The notes: generated by a model not told the origin, from the letters alone. Counted from the stretch's first letter, positions 1-6,407 are shown. The stretch: DNA of 10,856 nucleotides from Paramicrosporidium saccamoebae KSL3 (GCA_002794465.1 MTSL01000068.1:1-10856); one strand, 5' to 3'. Made by a program: numbers and translations.

Positions 1-173
1 CCCCCAGGAAGCACTAATAATCGACACGTCTCCTCCCACGGCTCCTGGCCGAGCATTATCGCCGTCACTGTTTTGATGTCGCAGCAATGTCCAACAGAGC
101 TGCGCAGAGAGTCGAGCGTACGATGCAGCGATTCGGGCGAAATGCCATTTCCCGAATACACTAGAACATTCAT
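1..173 (-). CDS. BPL1: Biotin-protein ligase (holocarboxylase synthetase), 5' part with BPL_N domain; continues off the left edge
   Basis: Manual translation from ATG at 173 gives MNVLVYSGNGISPESLHRTLDSLRSSVGHCCDIKTVTAIMLGQEPWEETCRLLVLPG(G). This matches the N-terminus of fungal Bpl1 as I recall it (yeast MNVLVYNGPG...EPW...VFPGG). There is an in-frame stop upstream and no earlier ATG. Not in the ORF track. Confidence 0.9.
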   Translation of the reverse strand, partial: MNVLVYSGNGISPESLHRTLDSLRSSVGHCCDIKTVTAIMLGQEPWEETCRLLVLPG

Positions 174-217
174 TCTCCGTCTCACCAGGGCTGCTCCAGT
201 GGGTTGATTGTGTGATC

Positions 218-304
218 TCAGAGATAAGGACTATATTGTAAGAGAGAGTATATCGAATCAAGGATGAGGGTCATATTGTAAGAGAGAGTATATCGAGTCA
301 GAGA
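218..304. repeat. Tandem 40-nt repeat (2 units plus a partial third) upstream of BPL1
   Basis: Units 218-257 and 258-297 match at 33/40 positions. The core ATATTGTAAGAGAGAGTATATCGA is identical at 233-256 and 273-296. Confidence 0.85.
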
Positions 305-340
305 GCAAGAGTCTACTATGAGTATAGGACGGATTAACAC
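284..340. repeat. Dispersed ~60-nt element, copy A (copy B at 6278-6344)
   Basis: Shares the collinear words GAGAGTATAT, TCAGAGA, AAGAGTCT, TATGA, GGAT and AACAC with 6278-6344. Confidence 0.6.
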
Positions 341-426
341 TCGGCGGGCCATATTATAAATATATATCTTGCATATAATACAAACCTCATAATCATCTCT
401 ACGTGGCTATTGTAATGTGTGGTCGC

Positions 427-1596
427 TTACCAATTCAACGGGTCGCTGTAGGCACTTGGGAATCTTAAATGGGCCCAAACAACCATATTATGATGACCAT
501 CTTCACGGGCCTTTGCCAGCGCATCTTTGCTTGGTGGATTCATCTCGGGATTACAGTAGGCACACCATTTTAGAAAGCTCCAATATCCTCTTGAAGCGGC
601 AGTGTCGATTTGGGATTGTCTCAGCCCACATTTGGGCTCGAGAATAACTATACAATATTGGTACCATTTTTTCAGGCAAAATTCGAGAACACTGAAATAA
701 TTCAACTTTTGGGCTCTTAGGAGTGCAAGTCTGCTGGGTTGCAGCTTAGGATTCTTAAAAAAGTAAAATTTCAACGCGTCTTTCCATCCATAGGCGCAAG
801 CTTCATCAATGTCCTCTTGACTCGGTCTCCAGTCCGGGTTGGACTTGATGATTTGTTCAAAGGCTTCGTAGCTTTTATTCTTGATCAAGAGGCTGAGCCA
901 ATAAGCCGAGGGTACCTTTGCCACCTTGTTCAAAAGATACAGCAAGCTGGCCTTTGCGTTGCATTTGATTGCAATGTGAACAGAAGTCATGCATGGTGTC
1001 CAGATTTCTCTTTTAATATATTCTTCAAGAGCATAGATATTTTCAGCTTTGATTGCAAATTCCAGATTGAAATTAATGTTGGTGCGCCCCCTATGCAGCG
1101 TTAGGATTCGCAGGGGACATAATCCATAAGTTTTTTTCATCCTGTCCGAATTGAACACTGCCAGTTGGGACCACGTTCTTGCAAGACCGACGGCATCATA
1201 TTTGGCCAATTTAACGGGGTCCATCACCTTGTGGCCAATGGATGGTGGCAAATCGTCAACGAACGCTGGGTTGTCGGCAAGTACGATGGAATCGATATTG
1301 TCTTCCAGGTCCGCTGTCGAAACCAAACTAGCGTTGGCTTGCCAACAGGTTTTGTAATATGCAGCAGTGTACCACACCCGCTTCTCGGCAGACACTATGT
1401 GCAGATTAGGGATTTTCTCTAAAAGGTCCCGTCTGTTATCCCTTACCATTCGTTCGATAGTCGCCTTGAATGCTTCAAGCGTCTGGTCTTTTGAAAAATC
1501 CCAAAAATTCGACTTTCTAGGAGCGATTCCCGAAAAAGAACTCGATATGAGCTTGAGCAAGACGGAAAGGCACAACGCAACGAGCAATAGCCTCAT
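427..1596 (-). CDS. Putative secreted protein (389 aa): signal peptide, uncharacterised N-terminal domain, ~7 degenerate ankyrin-like repeats (paralogue 1)
   Basis: Intronless ORF. I place the start at ATG 1596 (ACCATGA; MRLLLVALCLSVLLKLISSSFS, signal-peptide-like) rather than 1758, because it aligns with the paralogue start. The C-terminal half has ~28-31 aa units such as PSQEDIDEACAYGWKDALKFY, QSQIDTAASRGYWSFLKW and PSKDALAKAREDGHHNMVVW. About 59% identical to paralogue 2 (hand count 230/389). Confidence 0.8.
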   Translation of the reverse strand: MRLLLVALCLSVLLKLISSSFSGIAPRKSNFWDFSKDQTLEAFKATIERMVRDNRRDLLEKIPNLHIVSAEKRVWYTAAYYKTCWQANASLVSTADLEDNIDSIVLADNPAFVDDLPPSIGHKVMDPVKLAKYDAVGLARTWSQLAVFNSDRMKKTYGLCPLRILTLHRGRTNINFNLEFAIKAENIYALEEYIKREIWTPCMTSVHIAIKCNAKASLLYLLNKVAKVPSAYWLSLLIKNKSYEAFEQIIKSNPDWRPSQEDIDEACAYGWKDALKFYFFKNPKLQPSRLALLRAQKLNYFSVLEFCLKKWYQYCIVILEPKCGLRQSQIDTAASRGYWSFLKWCAYCNPEMNPPSKDALAKAREDGHHNMVVWAHLRFPSAYSDPLNW

Positions 1597-1648
1597 GGTG
1601 AACGGGATTCTCGATCCACCCGCACGGCAATTTATCCGTGGAGGACTG

Positions 1649-1658
1649 CAATGATTGG
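1649..1658 (-). promoter_or_regulatory. CCAAT box (CCAATCATTG) upstream of paralogue 1
   Basis: Reads GACCAATCAT on the - strand, matching the NF-Y/HAP consensus. It ends ~55 nt before the ATG, with the same sequence and spacing as in paralogue 2. Confidence 0.6.
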
Positions 1659-1940
1659 TCGAATAATAAGCCCGAGTGCAGAAATACATTAAGAATACTG
1701 GGTCGCGCTGTAAACAGCCGGAAGGGCTCTCTAACCAGTATGCCAGTTCTATTAGCATGAGCCCAACTGTCTGTTATTTAGTCGAGCAGCTGAAAATTGC
1801 AGATAGGACAAGACTATTGGCCCATCACATTTAAAGGTGACACTGCCTATTAGACCCAGTGCACGACTCTTTAGATGATCGCTCTAGTCAATGTGACTTT
1901 ACTAAGTAGATGCCGACCAGTTATCGCTAATACTTTTATG

Positions 1941-1946
1941 TTTATT
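1941..1946 (-). terminator. AATAAA polyadenylation signal of paralogue 2
   Basis: TTTATT on the + strand, 22 nt past the stop codon. Confidence 0.55.
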
Positions 1947-1968
1947 GTAGTGTGCTGTTGCCTACCAA

Positions 1969-3129
1969 TTAAACGAGGTCGTTATAGACACCCGGAAATC
2001 TTGAGTAGGTCCAATCAATAACATTGTGATGGCCACTTTTACGAGCCTCCCCCAACGCATCCCTGCTTGGTGGAAGCATACTGGGGTTGCAGTCGGCGCA
2101 CCATCCCAAAAAGCGCCAGTTTCCTCTTGCGGCGGCATTGTCGATTTGAAATTGTTTCAACGCACAGCTGGGTTTAAGCGTAGCTAGACAATACTGATAC
2201 CATCTTTCCAGGGAAAATTCAAGAACGCCAAAGCGGTTCAATAGTTGTGCTTTTAAAAGTGCAGCGCTGCTGGGACGTTTGTCAGGATTCATACCAAAGT
2301 AAAATTTCAACACGCTTTCCCACCCATAGGCGCAGGCTTCATCAATATCCTCTTGGCTCGGTTCCCATCCTGGGTTAGATTCTTTGATATACTCAAGAGC
2401 TTCGTGCCAATTCTTAGTAATCAAGAGATCGAGCCAGTAAGCTGAGGGTATTTTCTGCACCTTTTTCAGTAGATATAGTAGGCTGTTTTTTGCATTGCAT
2501 TTGATCGCGATATAAATATTATCCATGCATGGTGTCCAGACCTCTTCTTTAATGTAACGGTCAAGAGTGGAGAGTTGGTTATTTTTTATCGCAGATTCCA
2601 GGTTAAAGCTCTCCCTTTTGCGAGCCTCAATCAACTCTAGAATTTTTGGAGGAGATAATTTACGCTGCTTCATCTTCTCAGACTCGAATACCTCCAAGTG
2701 CGACCACGTCTTTGCAAGACCCACAGCATCATATTGGGCGAGTAACATTGGGTTTGTCAACATAGAACTAATGGATGGTGGCAAGTCAGCGACAAACTTT
2801 GAGTTGTCTGCAAGCACGATGGAATCAATATTACTTTCCAGGTCCTTTGTTGAAACCAAACCAGCGTTGGCTTGCCAACAGGTTTTGTAATATGCAGCAG
2901 TGTACCACACCTGCTTATCAACGGATAACATGTGCATATCAGGCATATTCTTTAGGATGTCCCGGCAGTTACGCTTTACCATTTGTCTTACGGTCACCCT
3001 GAATTTTTCAAGCGTTTGGCCCTTAGAAAACTCCCAAAAGTTCTGTTCCTTCGTATCAATTTTCAAAGAAGCTCCATAGGTAAGCTTGTTTGAAAGGAAA
3101 AGACAGAATGCAACGAGCGACAGCTTCAT
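1969..3129 (-). CDS. Putative secreted protein (386 aa): signal peptide, uncharacterised N-terminal domain, ~7 degenerate ankyrin-like repeats (paralogue 2)
   Basis: Intronless ORF. Start at ATG 3129 (ACCATGA; MKLSLVAFCLFLSNKLTYGA); the track start at 3156 is a GTG. Collinear with paralogue 1, with a single 1-aa internal gap. Confidence 0.82.
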   Translation of the reverse strand: MKLSLVAFCLFLSNKLTYGASLKIDTKEQNFWEFSKGQTLEKFRVTVRQMVKRNCRDILKNMPDMHMLSVDKQVWYTAAYYKTCWQANAGLVSTKDLESNIDSIVLADNSKFVADLPPSISSMLTNPMLLAQYDAVGLAKTWSHLEVFESEKMKQRKLSPPKILELIEARKRESFNLESAIKNNQLSTLDRYIKEEVWTPCMDNIYIAIKCNAKNSLLYLLKKVQKIPSAYWLDLLITKNWHEALEYIKESNPGWEPSQEDIDEACAYGWESVLKFYFGMNPDKRPSSAALLKAQLLNRFGVLEFSLERWYQYCLATLKPSCALKQFQIDNAAARGNWRFLGWCADCNPSMLPPSRDALGEARKSGHHNVIDWTYSRFPGVYNDLV

Positions 3130-3181
3130 GGTCGGTAGGGGTTCCAATTCAGCCACAGGGTCACTTAGTAATGACGCGCTA

Positions 3182-3191
3182 CAATGATTGG
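3182..3191 (-). promoter_or_regulatory. CCAAT box (CCAATCATTG) upstream of paralogue 2
   Basis: Reads AGCCAATCAT on the - strand, ~55 nt before the ATG, at the same offset as in paralogue 1. Confidence 0.6.
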
Positions 3192-3350
3192 CTGTTTCAT
3201 CGTATGGGGCAAATTAAAAGTCTGAAAACTTGCTCAAGTGCAGTGTATCTGTGGCGTGGTGGATCCATCGACAAAGACACTTGGAAGGGAAAGCTAAAGC
3301 TAGAAGAACTAAAATGATGGCTTTATTGGTAATAATAAAAGCTCCCTTGT

Positions 3351-3408
3351 TGTGACGTAGAGGACTGATTAGTTGGCTATGTGACGTAGAGGGTTGATTA
3401 GTTGGGTA
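3351..3408. repeat. Tandem 29-nt repeat x2, each unit with a CRE/ATF-like TGACGT
   Basis: TGTGACGTAGAGGACTGATTAGTTGGCTA (3351-3379) versus TGTGACGTAGAGGGTTGATTAGTTGGGTA (3380-3408), 26/29 identical. Confidence 0.85.
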
Positions 3409-3731
3409 TTTGAGTGGTAGAGTGGATCGCTTTGCTGAGTATTTGAGGACAGTGAGATGTGTATCCATATTATTCTAGGATTAGCAGTAAACAGGCTCTC
3501 TTCTCGCCTAAACTGGGCCGTGGTATTATCCCCACTACGCGACAAGTCTGTTAAACAGTATCCGTTTGTTATCAGTCGGGCCGACCCAGATAGCGGTCCC
3601 ACAGGCCAGTTTGGTTATATTAAGAATGGCTACCTATATGCCACATACTTTTGTAAGAACAAGCTCACCCATCAACGCAGTCTTTAAAGCAATTTTACGA
3701 CTCGGCTTCAATGACCAATAATTTAACGTCT

Positions 3732-3831
3732 TGGCCACTCATCGTGTGGCAGCCAATCATTTCATGCCCTGGCCACTCACCTGCCGCCACCAATCATTTT
3801 GCATCTTGGCCACTCATTCAATGTGTATAAA
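3732..3831 (+). promoter_or_regulatory. AsnRS promoter: ~37-38-nt repeat (TGGCCACTCA x3, CCAATCATTT x2) followed by TATAAA
   Basis: TGGCCACTCA at 3732, 3770 and 3807. CCAATCATTT at 3753 and 3790. TATAAA at 3826-3831, 25 nt before ATG 3857. Confidence 0.65.
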
Positions 3832-3856
3832 TATCGATACAAATGTGCCGTCGATA

Positions 3857-5560
3857 ATGGATTCTATAACCACTGATTTGCAAACCATGTTCACAATTGA
3901 GAAACCAACGAGAGTGGTACATGTCTGCACCCTATCCGGAAGCGATGAAAGTGGCGATGGGAGTCGAACAAGACCATACGGATCATTGGCCCACGCGCTA
4001 TCCCGAACAATTGACGGAGGAGAGATATCAATCCCCAAAGACTCCAAGTTTCTAATCTGGTGCAGCGAAGATGGAGAGTTCCGGGAAGCATCCAAGTCTG
4101 CCATGAAGAAGGCGATCGGCCAGCTCGAACTGATGACGAGAAAAGCCCTGAAGCAGACGCCCCTAGCGATGACTGATGACACCCCATCGCAATTGGAATA
4201 CAAAACACTTGTTGAGGATCCCACTCTGCCTGCTGCTCAGAAGATTAAAATTCGTGCAGCTGAAAAGGCCCGCATCGATGGTAAGCGCGTGGTCATCTTT
4301 GGATGGGCGCATAGGGTGAGGATGCAGGGCAAGAGCATGATGTTCGTGACTCTCCGAGACGGAAGCGGATATCTTCAATGTCTTCTTGGAAAGGAAATGT
4401 GCAAATCATCGGATACTCCAAGACTCACTGTGGAATCGACGGTAGCTTTATATGGAACGCTCGTCACAGTACCCGAGGGGAAATCGGCTCCTGGGGGACA
4501 CGAATTAATTGTTGATTATTGGAAGATTATCCATGCTGCACCCTCTGGATTAGACGCATTTGAGACGAAACTTAACAAGGAGGCAGGCCCCGAAGTCATG
4601 TATGATCAGCGCCATTTGGTCCTGCGTGGTGAGACGGCCAGCTCACTGATGAAACTGCGCAGTGTTTTCTTGCAGGCGTTCCGTCAGCATTATGATGAGC
4701 AGCACTATGTTGAACTGACTACTCCCTGCCTCACTCAGACTGAATGTGAAGGGGGATCAACCCTGTTCAAGTTGGATTACTATGGTGAGCCTGCGTATCT
4801 CACTCAAAGCTCTCAATTGTACTTGGAAACTGCCATTCCCTCCATGGGAGATGTATTCAGCGTTCAAATGTCGTTCCGTGCTGAGGCATCCCGCACTCGT
4901 CGACATCTCTCGGAATTCACGCACATTGAAGCCGAAATGCCATTCATCACGTACGATGAGCTCTTGGAGCGCTTGGAATTTCTCGTCTGTGATGTGATTG
5001 AGAAGGCTTTGAGCAGTCCCGCCCGCGGCATGATCCTGGAATTGAACCCCGATTTGAAGGTTCCGCAGCGCCCCTTCCGTCGCATGCAGTACAAAGATGC
5101 AATTGAATGGCTCCGTCAGGCCGATTTCCGCAAGGACGACGGCACCCTCTACGAGTTTGGCGAGGACATTCCTGAGAAGCCTGAGCGGTTCATGGTGGAC
5201 ACTTTGGGAGAGCCGATATTCCTTTGTCGTTTTCCAGCTGCCATGAAGGCGTTCTACATGTTCCGCGACGAGGAGGATCCCACTCTGACCCATTCAACCG
5301 ACTTGCTAATGCCCGGTGTGGGAGAAATTATTGGTGGCAGTATGCGTATTTGGGATTATGATGAAATCATGGCAGGATATGCACGCGAAGGAATCGACCC
5401 CAAGTTTTACTATTGGTACACTGACCAGCGCAAGTATGGATCTTGTCCACATGGTGGATACGGACTTGGCTTTGAGCGATTCCTTGCGTGGGCCCTCAAA
5501 CGTGACCATGTCCGCGAGGTATGCTTCTATCCGCGCTACACGAAACGCTGCACCCCATAA
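3857..5560 (+). CDS. DED81: Cytosolic asparaginyl-tRNA synthetase (class IIb), 567 aa
   Basis: Has the eukaryotic AsnRS N-terminal extension (GSDESGDGSRTRPY), an OB-fold anticodon domain (GWAHRVRMQGKSMMFVTLRDGSG), motif 2 FRAEASRTRRHLSEFTHIEAE, motif 3 HGGYGLGFERFL and the terminal YPRYTKRCTP. The track start at 3731 is a TTG; ATG 3857 is preferred because it follows the TATA box. NARS1 orthologue. Confidence 0.96.
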   Translation: MDSITTDLQTMFTIEKPTRVVHVCTLSGSDESGDGSRTRPYGSLAHALSRTIDGGEISIPKDSKFLIWCSEDGEFREASKSAMKKAIGQLELMTRKALKQTPLAMTDDTPSQLEYKTLVEDPTLPAAQKIKIRAAEKARIDGKRVVIFGWAHRVRMQGKSMMFVTLRDGSGYLQCLLGKEMCKSSDTPRLTVESTVALYGTLVTVPEGKSAPGGHELIVDYWKIIHAAPSGLDAFETKLNKEAGPEVMYDQRHLVLRGETASSLMKLRSVFLQAFRQHYDEQHYVELTTPCLTQTECEGGSTLFKLDYYGEPAYLTQSSQLYLETAIPSMGDVFSVQMSFRAEASRTRRHLSEFTHIEAEMPFITYDELLERLEFLVCDVIEKALSSPARGMILELNPDLKVPQRPFRRMQYKDAIEWLRQADFRKDDGTLYEFGEDIPEKPERFMVDTLGEPIFLCRFPAAMKAFYMFRDEEDPTLTHSTDLLMPGVGEIIGGSMRIWDYDEIMAGYAREGIDPKFYYWYTDQRKYGSCPHGGYGLGFERFLAWALKRDHVREVCFYPRYTKRCTP

Positions 5561-5589
5561 ACTGCCAATGCAGACGCATAATCAGCATG

Positions 5590-5595
5590 AATAAA
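5590..5595 (+). terminator. AATAAA polyadenylation signal of AsnRS
   Basis: AATAAA 29 nt after the stop codon. Confidence 0.55.
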
Positions 5596-5801
5596 TCGAC
5601 TTGCCCTATGAAATGCCATTTCCTAATTTGTCCAAATTGCATAAATTCCATGTAATGGGAGAATTACCACTAGTGTGTGGGGAGATGAATTCATTTTATT
5701 GAGCATATTGCACTCTTCTCATCGAATCACGCATCTCTCACTTTTATAAACATTCTGCCAAACAATCGATTACTTTACAAATATATTTAACTTTAGCAAC
5801 A

Positions 5802-6256
5802 ATGCGGCTGTTGGAGGAGCTCCGGTCGGGAAAGTGTTCAATCTATGGTCAGTGGACCGCCGTCCTCACCATCCCTCGTAGTTATTAGCGACGGACTGAC
5901 TGTTAGTGCTGGTGATCCTGCCATTTTCTTACCTGCAGGGCTCCGGCCTGCTGTTTATCTGGTCGCTGATAAGTTGGTCGCTCGCTCCGCTACTTGTGCT
6001 CATTGAATTCCCCATCCTACAACGTCTCCTCCCCTCAGGCACCGCACTTGCTGGACTCGCCAACTCGCTACGCGGCTACATGTTCCGATGCATTTCCTAC
6101 GCATTGTTCGCGGTGATGCTGGGGGTGTCGATGGTAGTAGGCTTTTCTTGGTTTGTGGGCATAGCAGGAATGCTTGCAGCAGCTGCAGCATGTTACGCAA
6201 TGGCTCTGGTGAGGGGCGAAGACAATGAAGAGAGTGTAGTCAAATTCAGTACCTAA
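5802..6256 (+). CDS. TVP18: Golgi membrane protein Tvp18 (Flower/Cg6151-like family), 141 aa; exons 5802-5877 and 5907-6256
   Basis: Removing a 29-nt intron joins MRLLEELRSGKCSIYGQWTAVLTIP to the track ORF 5906..6256 in frame. The motifs SIYGQW, LIEFPIL and FRCISYA correspond to yeast Tvp18 SVYGRW, FIEIPFL and WRCLFYL as I recall them. Several hydrophobic segments. TATAAA at 5745-5750. Confidence 0.85.
5878..5906 (+). other. Spliceosomal intron, 29 nt (TVP18)
   Basis: GTAGTTATTAGCGACGGACTGACTGTTAG, branch site CTGAC; removal restores the frame. Confidence 0.85.
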
Positions 6257-6277
6257 GAGATGGTGATTCAGTTCCAC

Positions 6278-6344
6278 GAGAGTATATAGTGAATCAGAGA
6301 TAAAGAGTCTCGATTATTATGAAAAGGGTGGTGGATCAAAACAC
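6278..6344. repeat. Dispersed ~60-nt element, copy B (copy A at 284-340)
   Basis: GAGAGTATATagtGAaTCAGAGAtaAAGAGTCT versus copy A GAGAGTATATcGAgTCAGAGAgcAAGAGTCT. Confidence 0.6.
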
Positions 6345-6347
6345 CCC

Positions 6348-6364
6348 AATAAAGAGTCTTTATT
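6348..6364. terminator. Palindromic bidirectional poly(A) signal shared by convergent TVP18 and SCOT copy 1
   Basis: AATAAAGA-G-TCTTTATT is a perfect 8-bp inverted repeat that places AATAAA on both strands. Confidence 0.65.
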
Positions 6365-6407
6365 ACAAACACAATCCCCATACGGCTCACAAATCTTACA
6401 TGGCCTG

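Noticed and set aside
1-207. Open + strand frame at the window start as the 3' end of a gene
   Set aside because: The minus strand encodes the clearly recognisable BPL1 N-terminus over the same bases.
1597-1758. 54-aa N-terminal extension of paralogue 1 from ATG 1758
   Set aside because: It is absent from paralogue 2, would bury the signal peptide, and overlaps the conserved CCAAT promoter segment. A minor non-secreted isoform cannot be excluded without TSS data.
1751-1764. ATTAGCATGAGCCC resembling U6 snRNA
   Set aside because: No ACAGAGA box or other U6 flanking sequence; a chance 9-mer.
3090-3687. Four 75-84-aa ORFs in the divergent spacer
   Set aside because: No recognisable homology, they overlap each other and the promoter repeats, and I found no intron arrangement joining them into a convincing protein.
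218-3816. Short direct repeats (40, 29 and 37-38 nt) as CRISPR arrays
   Set aside because: The context is eukaryotic, there are only 2-3 units, they are tandem or motif-like with no unique equal-length spacers between identical repeats, and there are no cas genes.
3731-3856. 42-aa extension of AsnRS (TTG 3731; ATGs at 3764 and 3821) as a mitochondrial dual-targeting peptide
   Set aside because: It lies over the promoter repeats, upstream of or overlapping the TATA box. It is Arg-poor and not presequence-like, and an open frame of this length is unremarkable.
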